From an uncultured Clostridia bacterium (GTDB taxonomy: Bacteria > Bacillota > Clostridia > Oscillospirales > CAG-272), in the NCBI GenBank assembly GCA_947625805.1, contig CANQPT010000005.1, forward strand, positions 10,181 to 74,180: a stretch of 64,000 nucleotides of DNA. The letters are read 5' to 3'. How positions within the stretch are numbered: position 1 is the first letter of the stretch; every line of letters begins with the position of its first letter. The notes beneath the pieces are model-generated. The model was not told the origin of the DNA, did not search any database, and saw only the letters and a list, made by a program, of their open reading frames with translations. The translations under genes and the position numbers were made by a program. Positions 30,346 to 39,288 of the stretch are shown one piece after another.

Positions 30346-30837
30346 TTACTTTTCAAGAATGCTGTTGCCCCGCTCAAGGGCCACCACGCCGGTCCGGCAC
30401 ATCTCTACGATGCCCAGCGGCTTCATGACGTCGATAAAGGCGTTGATCTTGGTTGGCTCACCGGTCACCTCAATGCACATGGAATCTGTGGTGTAGTCGA
30501 TGACCTTTGCACGATAGATCTCGGCGGCCGCCATGATCTCGCTGCGGTTGTCGGGGGTGTTTTTGACTTTGAGAAGCATGAGTTCCCGCTCCACCGAACT
30601 TGCGGTTTTGAGCAATTTGACACGTTTGACATTGTGCAGTTTTTTGAGTTGGTTGATCACCTGCTCGCGGGTGGATTCGTCCCCGTTCAGGCTGATGGTG
30701 ATCCGCGAGAAATCGGGATCGTCCGTCTCCCCCACGGTCAGAGAGTCGATATTGAATCCCCTGCGCATGAACAGCCCCGACACCCGGGTCAGTACACCGT
30801 ATTTGTTCTCTACATATATCGCAATGACACTGCGCAT
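30346..30837 (-). CDS. ilvN: acetolactate synthase small (regulatory) subunit
   Basis: 163 aa. ACT domain (IAIYVENKYGVLTRVSGLFMRRGFNIDSLTVG) plus a C-terminal ALS_ss_C domain. Confidence 0.93.
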   Translation of the reverse strand: MRSVIAIYVENKYGVLTRVSGLFMRRGFNIDSLTVGETDDPDFSRITISLNGDESTREQVINQLKKLHNVKRVKLLKTASSVERELMLLKVKNTPDNRSEIMAAAEIYRAKVIDYTTDSMCIEVTGEPTKINAFIDVMKPLGIVEMCRTGVVALERGNSILEK

Positions 30838-30847
30838 GGTTTTCCTC

Positions 30848-32545
30848 CTAATCTACCGATGTGATCATGTCCTCGATCGAGCCTCCGGGAGGAAGCATCG
30901 GGAGCACAAACTCGTCCATATCAATAAGCGTGTCGATCAGATACGGGCCGTCGTGCTGCATGGCACGGCAAAAGGCCGTCTTGAATTCCTCCGGCGTGGC
31001 CGCCCGGCTTGCGGGAAGTCCAAAGGCGTCCGCCAACTTGACAAAATCAGTCTTGCGCTCCAGTACGGTATTCGAATACCGCTTATCAAAAAACAGGGTC
31101 TGCCACTGTCTGACCATGCCCAGCACGCCGTTGTTGAACAGCACGATGACCACCGGCGTATTATAGGTCACGGCTGTGGCAAGTTCGTTCAGATTCATAC
31201 CGAAACTTCCGTCGCCGGTGATCAGTACCGTCTTATCACCGCTTGCGATCTGTGCACCGATGGCGGCGCCTAAGCCGTAGCCCATGGTGCCTAAGCCGCC
31301 GCTGGAGGCGAATCTGCGGGCACGCTCAAAATCCACGTATTGCGCCGCCCACATCTGGTGCTGTCCCACATCGGTGGCGATCACGGTGTTTTTGTCCTTG
31401 ATCTCATTGATGATATCAAAGACCTTTTTGGGGGTCATGGCCCCTCCGGCCTTTTGCTCGGCCGCGTCCTGAATGCGCTTTGCTTCTTTCTTGAGGCCGG
31501 CGATCGTCGCGTTCCATTCGGGATGCTCGCGCTTCTCGCAGCGCTCCAAAATCCGCTCACAGGAAGAAACGATACTGCCGATCAGACCGAGATCTACCTT
31601 GACGTTCTTTCCGATCTCCGAAAGGTCGGTATCCAGTTGAATGATCTTGGCGTGCTTTGCGTATTTGGCGGTGTTTCCGGTAGCCCGGTCGCTGAATCGC
31701 ACGCCGATGCCGATGATCAGGTCGGCCTCTTTATTGGCCATGGAAGAGGCGTATTGCCCGTGCATACCCTGCATACCGAGAAAACGGTCGTAGGAATTCG
31801 GAAAAGCCGACAGACCCATGAAAGTGCAGCCGATATAAGCGTCGATCTTCTCGGCAAGGGTCATAATCAATTTGGTCATGCCGCGTCCGGCGGCGCCGCC
31901 GCCGATGTAGATATACGGACGCTCGGCCTGCCCGATCAGTTCAACTGCACGGTCGATCTCGGAATCCTCCGCAATTTCCTGTGGGAACGGCTCGACCGCT
32001 TCCCCTTTCACAAACTCACACTCGGCGGTCTGGATATCCTTTGGAATATCGATCAACACAGGTCCGGGTCTGCCGGATTTGGCGATCCGGAATGCCTCAC
32101 GGATGGTATCGGCAAGTTCGGTTACGTCGTTTACAAAGAAATTGTGCTTTGTGATCGGCAGGGTGATGCCGGTGATGTCAATCTCCTGGAAACTGTCCCG
32201 GCCGATCAGCGTGGTGGGCACATTTCCGGTAATGGCCACCATGGGAATGGAATCCAGCATGGCGGTGGCGATCCCGGTCACCAGATTGGTCGCGCCCGGG
32301 CCGGACGTGGCGATGACCACGCCCACCTTTCCGGTCACCCGCGAGTAACCGTCCGCCGCGTGCGCCGCCCCCTGCTCATGTGCGGTCAGCACATGATTGA
32401 TCCGGTCGCTTGCCTTGTACAATTCATCATAAAGGTTGAGCACCTGTCCGCCGGGATAGCCGAACACGTCGGTGACCCCCTGTTCGATCAGCGTTTCAAC
32501 CACGATTTGCGCACCCGTCATCGGCACGCCTTGTGCGTTTTGCAT
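30848..32545 (-). CDS. ilvB: acetolactate synthase large (catalytic) subunit
   Basis: 565 aa. ThDP-enzyme motifs (GYPGG, GDGSFGMNLNELAT). GGAG RBS 8 nt before ATG 32545. Confidence 0.96.
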   Translation of the reverse strand: MQNAQGVPMTGAQIVVETLIEQGVTDVFGYPGGQVLNLYDELYKASDRINHVLTAHEQGAAHAADGYSRVTGKVGVVIATSGPGATNLVTGIATAMLDSIPMVAITGNVPTTLIGRDSFQEIDITGITLPITKHNFFVNDVTELADTIREAFRIAKSGRPGPVLIDIPKDIQTAECEFVKGEAVEPFPQEIAEDSEIDRAVELIGQAERPYIYIGGGAAGRGMTKLIMTLAEKIDAYIGCTFMGLSAFPNSYDRFLGMQGMHGQYASSMANKEADLIIGIGVRFSDRATGNTAKYAKHAKIIQLDTDLSEIGKNVKVDLGLIGSIVSSCERILERCEKREHPEWNATIAGLKKEAKRIQDAAEQKAGGAMTPKKVFDIINEIKDKNTVIATDVGQHQMWAAQYVDFERARRFASSGGLGTMGYGLGAAIGAQIASGDKTVLITGDGSFGMNLNELATAVTYNTPVVIVLFNNGVLGMVRQWQTLFFDKRYSNTVLERKTDFVKLADAFGLPASRAATPEEFKTAFCRAMQHDGPYLIDTLIDMDEFVLPMLPPGGSIEDMITSVD

Positions 32546-32573
32546 ATACGATCTCCTACCTAATTACAGACGG

Positions 32574-32613
32574 CAAAAAACTTTCGTCCCTTTGATATCA
32601 AAGAGACGAAAGT
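32574..32613 (-). terminator. T-box leader terminator
   Basis: Minus strand ACTTTCGTCTCTTTGATATCAAAGGGACGAAAGTTTTTT. Its 5' arm can alternatively pair with the T-box sequence to form the antiterminator. Confidence 0.85.
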
Positions 32614-32855
32614 ATCATTGCAGTTCATTACTTCCGCGGTACCACTCTTTTTCATTCTTTCAAAAGAATGCGCCTTCGGTGCCTCATACACCCTGCTCTG
32701 TTACGGGAGCGCCCGTCTGCACCTACTCTGTTTTATTTCCGTACAGCCGCTCCACGGTGAGTTCCGCAATTCTTTCCGACGTCTTTCACCAACCGACGTC
32801 TCTCTGCAAGTAAAAGCCACTGCGTACTGATCCGCTTCATCGCGTTTTGCTATGT
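32574..32855 (-). promoter_or_regulatory. T-box riboswitch leader with Leu (CUC) specifier
   Basis: Read on the minus strand. Stem I elements GCGATGA (K-turn), AGTA, CAGAGAGA (AG bulge) and GGTGAAAG (distal loop). Specifier context GAA-CUC-A, with CUC at 32761-32759. Conserved T-box AAAGAGTGGTACCGCGGAAG (32652-32631), followed by the terminator. Confidence 0.88.
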
Positions 32856-32862
32856 TTTTATG

Positions 32863-32891
32863 ATTTTACCACAATTTCTATGCCCTGTCAA
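32863..32891 (-). promoter_or_regulatory. sigma-A promoter of the ilv-leu operon
   Basis: Minus strand TTGACA (32891-32886), 17-nt spacer ending TGG, TAAAAT (32868-32863). Confidence 0.7.
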
Positions 32892-32907
32892 CACTTTTTT
32901 CAATTTT

Positions 32908-34620
32908 TTATATGGCAGAGCCGGTTGGCGTCTCAGGCGTGGCGCCGTCCCCGGGCGGGGTCATATCTCCGCCTATGCCGGGATCAAAGTTTCCGCCTCC
33001 GGGAAAGCCTCCCTGCCCGTCGGGCGGGTCGGGCGGTGTATCGCCCGTCCCATTGCCCGACTGATCCATTTTGTCTCTTCCGCCGGGGCCTCGATCAAAG
33101 CCGCGATCGCCGGGCATCATGCCTCCGCCCATGCCGCCGGTACCGCCCTGGGAATAGATCAGTCCCGACATGGTCACGTCGGTATTCGCGCTTGGCGTTG
33201 CGATGGTATAACTTCCGTCCGCCGTGATTTCCGGACAACTGACCAGCACGCTCTGATACTGCTTTTCCGGAACACAACTTGCGATTATCTTGCCGTCCTG
33301 AGAGGAAATCGTCAATTCCTCTCCCGCACTTCCGGAGAAATTCACCAAGATAGAGCCCTGTGTGGAATCCTCGCCGAAGTTCATTGCCATCCCCGCACTG
33401 CCCAAAGCCACAAACACTCCTCCCGTAATCTTGCACGCTCCTGCATAATCCAGCGCACCGTTTCCGCTGTCGGTCGGCCCGTAGATAAACGTGGTCCCGC
33501 CGCTCACCGTAATCGAGCCGTTGGAATCCACTCCGTCCCCTGCGGCGTTGACCGTGATCCTACCGCCTGAGATCTCGATAAAACAATCGCCGTCGGCGGC
33601 AAACCGTTCCCCGCCGCGGCCCAAGCCGCCAAATCCGCTCTCATCCGCGCCGCCCGCAGCGTTGATGCCGTCATCGTCGGCCCGCAGCGTAATTTCACCG
33701 CCTGTGACTGTGACGCTCTCTCCTTCCAAGCCCTCATAACTGTCTGTGATGGTGATCTCGCCGCCATGGATCACAAGAGCTCCGTCCGCGTGCATCCCGT
33801 CATCGCCTGTTGCGATGGTGAACTGTCCGCCGTTTACCGTAAGGTCGGAACCGGAATGCAGCGCATCGTCCGCACAGTCAAGGACAAATGTTCCTCCGTT
33901 CAACTGCATGGAACCCAGCGTGGGATCATCGGTATTTTCCACATGCAAACCGTCCTTGCCCGCACCAAGCGTAAACGCTCCCCCGGCGATTTCGATCGCA
34001 TCGTTGGCATCCACGGCGTGAGAGGCCGCCTCTACCGTATAATTGCCGCCTGCGATCTTGAGCGTGTCCTTGCACACGATACCGTGTCCGCTCACTGATC
34101 CGACCGTAAGCGATCCCTCTCCGTTCAAAGTCAGATCGTCCTTTGCAAAGATCGCAGCGTCGATATTGTTATCGTCGATGGCGATATATTCCCCCGTGGT
34201 CCGCAGAGTATTTTGACTTTCTCTTGCAAGGGTCACAATCACCTTTTCCGCCTGCTTTACATAAAGCGGCGCACTGTTCTCGCTCTCTAAAGAAAGTGAG
34301 TCTAACACCAAACGCACCGTCTCGCCCTTAGCGTCTACGGTCACCTGTCCTGAGCCGCTCCCGGTCAGAAGATATAATCCGCCTGCGCCCACGGTCACAG
34401 TATTTCCGGATATCAGCACACCGCTATCTTTGCAATCTGCACGATCGCCGTCAAACGAAATGCATACCGCCGCATCAGCGTCATAACCGATCTCGGTATC
34501 CTCCGCGCTGAACCGTTCCGCCGTTCGCTCCTCTTGCCCGGAAGCCGGTTTGCGCGAGCAGGCCGTACAGCATACCGCCATCGCAAGCGCAAGCGTGAAA
34601 ATGACCTTACATTTGTTCAT
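32908..34620 (-). CDS. lipoprotein with Cthe_2159-type carbohydrate-binding beta-helix repeats and a G/P/D-rich tail
   Basis: Signal peptide and lipobox MNKCKVIFTLALAMAVCCTAC. Repeats of the type DDALHSGSDLTVNGG, GDDGMHADGALVIHGG, ADDDGINAAG and AGDGVDSNGSITVSGG. Low-complexity C-terminal 80 aa. Confidence 0.8.
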   Translation of the reverse strand: MNKCKVIFTLALAMAVCCTACSRKPASGQEERTAERFSAEDTEIGYDADAAVCISFDGDRADCKDSGVLISGNTVTVGAGGLYLLTGSGSGQVTVDAKGETVRLVLDSLSLESENSAPLYVKQAEKVIVTLARESQNTLRTTGEYIAIDDNNIDAAIFAKDDLTLNGEGSLTVGSVSGHGIVCKDTLKIAGGNYTVEAASHAVDANDAIEIAGGAFTLGAGKDGLHVENTDDPTLGSMQLNGGTFVLDCADDALHSGSDLTVNGGQFTIATGDDGMHADGALVIHGGEITITDSYEGLEGESVTVTGGEITLRADDDGINAAGGADESGFGGLGRGGERFAADGDCFIEISGGRITVNAAGDGVDSNGSITVSGGTTFIYGPTDSGNGALDYAGACKITGGVFVALGSAGMAMNFGEDSTQGSILVNFSGSAGEELTISSQDGKIIASCVPEKQYQSVLVSCPEITADGSYTIATPSANTDVTMSGLIYSQGGTGGMGGGMMPGDRGFDRGPGGRDKMDQSGNGTGDTPPDPPDGQGGFPGGGNFDPGIGGDMTPPGDGATPETPTGSAI

Positions 34621-35299
34621 GGTTTTCCTCCTTGTCGGAGATGCCGATCTCCAGGTTTCCGTTGCGCACCCGCAGGGCGTCGATCAATTCTTTTTCTGTT
34701 TTGGGATCCTTTAAGACGATCTCATAATTCAAGCGGAACATACTGCCCATATTGGCGGTTTTCACAGAAGTTTGCTTATAAAATGAAGTATAGCGCGCAA
34801 AGAGATCGTCAAACAGGCCGGGATAGTCGAGGTCCTCCGGAATCGTGATACGCAGGGTCTTGACACGGGAGCCGCACCGTGTACCCAAAGGACTTATGTA
34901 GCAGATCAGCACCACGGCGCCGGTCACCAGCGTAAACAAGGTCGCGTATCCGAGATAGCCCATACCGCAGAGCAATCCCGCCGCCATGGCAAGAAAGATC
35001 ATTTCGATCTCCTTGGCAGTACCGGGAATGCTGCGGAACCGGGTCAGGCTGAATACGCCCGCGACGGCAACGCTTGCGCCGATATTGCCGTTCACCATCA
35101 TGATAACCACGCAGACCGCTGCGGGCAGCAGCACCAGCGTCATCAAATAACTCTTGGAAGCTGTGGTTTTGTACCGGAAAGCCAGCGCAAGGATCCCGCC
35201 CAGCGCCAGACTGACCATAATACACAACAAAAAGTCGGTCACCGAAATCACAGGTTGCAGTTCTGTGTCAAAAATCCCGCGAAACAATCCGTCAAGCAT
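34607..35299 (-). CDS. DUF4956-like integral membrane protein
   Basis: ATG 35299 after GGGGAGGAAA. About 4 TM helices, then a soluble C-terminal domain (VKTLRITIPEDLDYPGLFDDLFARYTSFYK). Overlaps both neighbouring genes. Confidence 0.7.
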   Translation of the reverse strand: MLDGLFRGIFDTELQPVISVTDFLLCIMVSLALGGILALAFRYKTTASKSYLMTLVLLPAAVCVVIMMVNGNIGASVAVAGVFSLTRFRSIPGTAKEIEMIFLAMAAGLLCGMGYLGYATLFTLVTGAVVLICYISPLGTRCGSRVKTLRITIPEDLDYPGLFDDLFARYTSFYKQTSVKTANMGSMFRLNYEIVLKDPKTEKELIDALRVRNGNLEIGISDKEENHEQM

Positions 35300-36011
35300 G
35301 TCGTATTTCCTCCCCGGCCGTTTTGCCCTCACCGAAGAGGACGCGGTAGACCGTTCCGTATTTTGAAAATGAAGTTTTATAGAGTTTCATCTCTGAAAGC
35401 AATTTGACGATATACAAAGGCAGTGCGCCTCCGCATTTCAATTCCATAAGCACCGTGTCGGACGAAAGCAGGGCTATGCCGTCCGGCGGTCGGCTTAAGG
35501 ACAGGTGGTGATCCCGAAAGAGAATGTTCTCGTCAAAGGTCATACGCAAAGCCGGATCTTCCGCATCATAAAAGGCATCCCGCTCGTAGGACAGGTAGAC
35601 CCGCGGTGCGAGAGACGGATAGCGAGAAAAGAAATATGCGATCTCTTTTGCGATCTGGGTATCCGCTGTTTTCGGCAGTTCCCGTAACCGCCCGGACTCC
35701 GAGGCCGGCAGGCCGATTCTGCGCTTATAGACAACGCCGTCATACTTCCTTTTGATCTCAGCATATACCTTATCGTCGGCTTTCGCCGTGCCGTAACTGC
35801 GCAAGCGGAGTTTCTCCTTATATTGCGGCTGTTCCAGCGAACGGCGGACGAGCAGATAGTCGGACGTATCGTAATACAGATTGCAGACGGTACTGTGGCC
35901 GAATTCATCCGCGCGCAATCTTCCGGAAAGGGTCGAAAGGATTTGCTCTCGCTGTTCCTTTTTGATCAGATATTTGATTTCATAACGGCGAAAGACCGTT
36001 TGTATTTTCAT
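35292..36011 (-). CDS. VTC-domain (polyphosphate polymerase-like, CYTH/TTM tunnel fold) protein
   Basis: ATG 36011 after AAGGGGGA. Motifs FRRYEIKYLI, VCNLYYDT, KEKLRLRSYG and VYAEIKRKYDGVVYKRR are typical of bacterial VTC-domain proteins. Confidence 0.8.
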   Translation of the reverse strand: MKIQTVFRRYEIKYLIKKEQREQILSTLSGRLRADEFGHSTVCNLYYDTSDYLLVRRSLEQPQYKEKLRLRSYGTAKADDKVYAEIKRKYDGVVYKRRIGLPASESGRLRELPKTADTQIAKEIAYFFSRYPSLAPRVYLSYERDAFYDAEDPALRMTFDENILFRDHHLSLSRPPDGIALLSSDTVLMELKCGGALPLYIVKLLSEMKLYKTSFSKYGTVYRVLFGEGKTAGEEIRHA

Positions 36012-36060
36012 GGCGTTTTCCCCCTTTGCAGGGTCAGTATATCGCCTCAAACTTAAACCA

Positions 36061-36096
36061 AATTAAAAATTCCCGCACGACGTGCAGGAATTTTTT
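36061..36096 (-). terminator. terminator after the histidine kinase gene
   Basis: Minus strand AATTCCTGCACG-TCG-TGCGGGAATT followed by TTTTTAATTT. Confidence 0.7.
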
Positions 36097-36203
36097 GAAA
36101 AATCGCATAATAAAAAGTGAATGACGGAAAGGTCTGCCATATGCCGGGATATTTCAGGGCAATTCCCTGCCCCGTCCCGCCTTACAAGAGAGCACACTCT
36201 GCA

Positions 36204-37424
36204 TTATAAGGTAACGGTAAAACAAATCATTCCGTTCGTATCGGCACGGGCGGTGACCTTACCGCGATGGGCGTTCACGATGGCCTGTACCGTGGAAAGT
36301 CCGATGCCAAAGCCGCCCGTCTTGGTACTGCGGGAATCGTCCGGCCGCCAAAAGCGTTCAAACAGTTCCTTGTGCTCACCCGGAGCAAAGCCTTCGGCGG
36401 GGTTGGACACCGTCAGAATCCGCCGCTTGCCCGCGCTTTTTAAGGAAAGGGTGACGGTTCCGGCGTCGGATGCGTACTTGACCGCGTTATCGAGAAGAAG
36501 ATCCACCATACGGCGAATAGCCTGCTGATCGCCCCGGAAGAGAACGCCGTCCTCGATCTTTGTTTTGAGTTGCTTGCCCGCGCCCTCGGCTACCGCGCCA
36601 AAAGGCTCGGCCGCGTCACGCACAGCCTCGGACAGAGAAAACTCGCTTTCCCGCATACCGTTTTCCTCCTCCATACGGCAGAGGGTGACCAGTTTTTCCA
36701 CAAGGGAAGTCAAACGGGAAACCTGTGCGCGGATACTTTTTGTCCACTCGCTCTCCCCTGCGGTCATTTCGATCACCTCGGCGTTGGTCTCGATCACGGT
36801 CAGCGGGGTTTTCAGTTCGTGGCTCGCGTCTGTGATAAAGCGCTTTTGTTTTTCATAACTGCGCACCACCGGCGCAAGTACCGCCCCCGAAAAGAGAAAG
36901 ATCAACAGGCATACCAGCACAAGGGCTGCAAGGCTGATCCAGACACTCGACCGTAAAAATGACCGAAAGGTTTCCAAATCCCGCGCACAGTCGAGGAACA
37001 GGTACATGATCTTATCATCATCACTGCGCGCGCAGTATTTGTAATCGCCGTAAAAGCCGGAAGTTTTGCCTGCGGCAAACAACTCCTCCGCCATCTCTTT
37101 TGCCGAGACTGTGTCCACAGCCGCAATCCGTCCGGTATCCACGGAGAGCACGCCGCCCTTTTGATTCAGCGTAACCGAAAAATATCTTGTTTCAAACGGC
37201 GCTTCGGGAGAAAAATCCTCGCCGTGCATGGGCGGTCGGTCGTCGTGCTGCTGCAGGCCGGGAAATACTCCGTCATTGCGGGCGAGCAACTCTAAACGCC
37301 GGTCTGCGTTCTGATTGATCTTATAGTAATTGATCGCGTTGATCGCGCCGATAATGACGATCAATACCAGCGCAACAGCGCTCATGGCGCTGACCATCAA
37401 CTTCCTGCGCAAGCCTTTAACCAT
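36204..37424 (-). CDS. sensor histidine kinase (two TM helices, ~140-aa extracytoplasmic loop, HisKA + HATPase_c)
   Basis: H-box ITDASHELKTPLT, N-box LLDNAVKY and G-boxes (GGFGIGLS). Confidence 0.9.
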   Translation of the reverse strand: MVKGLRRKLMVSAMSAVALVLIVIIGAINAINYYKINQNADRRLELLARNDGVFPGLQQHDDRPPMHGEDFSPEAPFETRYFSVTLNQKGGVLSVDTGRIAAVDTVSAKEMAEELFAAGKTSGFYGDYKYCARSDDDKIMYLFLDCARDLETFRSFLRSSVWISLAALVLVCLLIFLFSGAVLAPVVRSYEKQKRFITDASHELKTPLTVIETNAEVIEMTAGESEWTKSIRAQVSRLTSLVEKLVTLCRMEEENGMRESEFSLSEAVRDAAEPFGAVAEGAGKQLKTKIEDGVLFRGDQQAIRRMVDLLLDNAVKYASDAGTVTLSLKSAGKRRILTVSNPAEGFAPGEHKELFERFWRPDDSRSTKTGGFGIGLSTVQAIVNAHRGKVTARADTNGMICFTVTL

Positions 37425-38094
37425 GATTTTCCTCTAAAACGTAGCCGAGATTTCTGCGGGAACGTATGCACACCTGAGAGCCTGTGGAAGCAAGTTTTTT
37501 GCGCAGGTTGGAAAGATACACCCAAACGGTATTGATCTCAGCCTCCGCATCGTAGCCCCAGATCTTTTCAAAAATGCGCTCGGCGGAGATGACACAGTTG
37601 GGGCTTTCCAAAAACAACTCCATCATTTGATATTCCTTGCCCGCCAGACTGCAACTGTCGACAGGGCCGCTCAAGCGGCAGCCGGCCCGATCTAAGGTTA
37701 AGTCTCCGAAACGCAAAAGATTGGAGGCCTGCCCCTCTCTGCGGCGGGTCATCGCGCGGATGCGCGCCAACAGTTCGGCCGAAGAAAAGGGTTTGGTCAG
37801 ATAATCGTCCGCGCCCGAATCAAGGCCGGCCACCCGATCGTCGATCTCCGATCGCGCGGTCAAAAGCAAGACCGGAGTGAGATTGCCGCGCTCTCGCAGC
37901 GCACGCACCACGCTGATCCCGTCCCGTTCCGGCATCATAACGTCTAACACCGCGCCGTCATACTGACCGTCGGTCAGATAATCAAGCGCGTCCTCGCCGT
38001 TGTCCACCGTATCTACCGAATAATTATGATGGGTCAAAATCGCCGCAAGCGCACGGGAAAGTTCCCGTTCGTCGTCTGCAAGCAAAATCCGCAT
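37417..38094 (-). CDS. OmpR/PhoB-family response regulator
   Basis: ATG 38094 after GGGGAGGAAA. Receiver domain (MRILLADDE ... LDVMMPERDG ... TARS). Winged-helix C-terminus (LTGKEYQMMELF ... RNLGYVL). Confidence 0.92.
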   Translation of the reverse strand: MRILLADDERELSRALAAILTHHNYSVDTVDNGEDALDYLTDGQYDGAVLDVMMPERDGISVVRALRERGNLTPVLLLTARSEIDDRVAGLDSGADDYLTKPFSSAELLARIRAMTRRREGQASNLLRFGDLTLDRAGCRLSGPVDSCSLAGKEYQMMELFLESPNCVISAERIFEKIWGYDAEAEINTVWVYLSNLRKKLASTGSQVCIRSRRNLGYVLEENHG

Positions 38095-38198
38095 TGCCGT
38101 TTCCTCCCCGCTTTGGTATTCGCGCGCACGCAAATCACTTTATTCCGTATCTCCGGGCTTTTTTCTTAATTTTATCACAAATACAGGCAGTTTGCAAC

Positions 38199-38227
38199 TT
38201 GACGGCACAAGGAAAATACATTAAAAT
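38199..38227 (+). promoter_or_regulatory. sigma-A promoter of the AraC-family gene
   Basis: TTGACG (38199-38204), 17-nt spacer, TAAAAT (38222-38227). Confidence 0.6.
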
Positions 38228-38246
38228 AAAAAAAGAGGTGATAAAG

Positions 38247-39203
38247 ATGATCAATGCGGCAATTATGGAGCATTTAAGCGCGATCACGGAAGAAGAACGG
38301 GCGATTCTTTCGGGGGGCGGCGGCATCGACCGCTCGCTCTATATGTCCGGCAAAAAAGACGTGGTGGAAGCGGAAAAACTGCTTGCGCAGGGCAAATTGA
38401 TCACCGTGCGCACTCACACCCGCTTTGTCCGTTTTCCCGAGCACACCCACGACTATATTGAACTTGTCTATATGTGTTCGGGCAGTACAACGCATATCGT
38501 CAACGGGACAACCGTGCGCCTCGAGGCGGGCGAACTGCTTTTTCTCTCCCGCCACGCAAAACAGGAAATCCTGCGGGCCGAGCAAGACGACGTAGCGGTC
38601 AACTTTATTATTCTACCTGCCTTTTTCACCGAAACCCTGAGCGTTTTCGGGCGGGAGAAATCCCCCCTGCGGGACTTTATCGTAAATAGTCTGTGCAACG
38701 CGGAGGGAGGCCCGGGATATCTGCACTTTAAGGTATCAGACGTGCTTCCGGTACAAAACCTGATCGAAAACCTGCTTTGGACGCTGGTGGGCAAAAGCCG
38801 CAACCGCCGCAGGATCAACCGCATGACCATGGAACTGCTCTTTTTGCAGTTGCTCGAGTGCACCGAATACCTTTCCGAGGGCGCAGACGAGGACACACTG
38901 GTCATGCACATTCTGCGCTATGCGGAAGAGCACTATCGGGACGGCTCTCTCGCCCTCGCGGCAAAGGACCTGCACCGCGATCCGGCAGACCTTTCCAGAC
39001 AAATCAAACGCCTGATCGGCAAGAACTACACCGAGATCATACAGGACAAGCGGCTCTCACAGGCGGCATATCTGCTCACCAATACCGAGATCAATATAGC
39101 GGACATATCCCGCGCAGTGGGATACGAGAACGTCAGTTATTTCTATCGCCTGTTTGAGGCCAGGTACGGCTGTTCTCCCCGCCGGTACAGATCCTGCAAA
39201 TAA
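38247..39203 (+). CDS. AraC-family transcriptional regulator (cupin sensor plus HTH_18), probable rhamnose regulator
   Basis: ATG 38247 after GAGGTG. Cupin-like HTHDYIELVYMCSG. C-terminal AraC HTH (ISRAVGYENVSYFYRLFEARYGCSPRRYR). Sits directly upstream of rhaBAD. Confidence 0.85.
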   Translation: MINAAIMEHLSAITEEERAILSGGGGIDRSLYMSGKKDVVEAEKLLAQGKLITVRTHTRFVRFPEHTHDYIELVYMCSGSTTHIVNGTTVRLEAGELLFLSRHAKQEILRAEQDDVAVNFIILPAFFTETLSVFGREKSPLRDFIVNSLCNAEGGPGYLHFKVSDVLPVQNLIENLLWTLVGKSRNRRRINRMTMELLFLQLLECTEYLSEGADEDTLVMHILRYAEEHYRDGSLALAAKDLHRDPADLSRQIKRLIGKNYTEIIQDKRLSQAAYLLTNTEINIADISRAVGYENVSYFYRLFEARYGCSPRRYRSCK

Positions 39204-39288
39204 GGACACATTTTTAAGCAAACAAAGACCTATCGAAACTTTTGTTTTTATGCTAAAATAATAAAAAAGGCACGGAGGTCTTTTTGTT

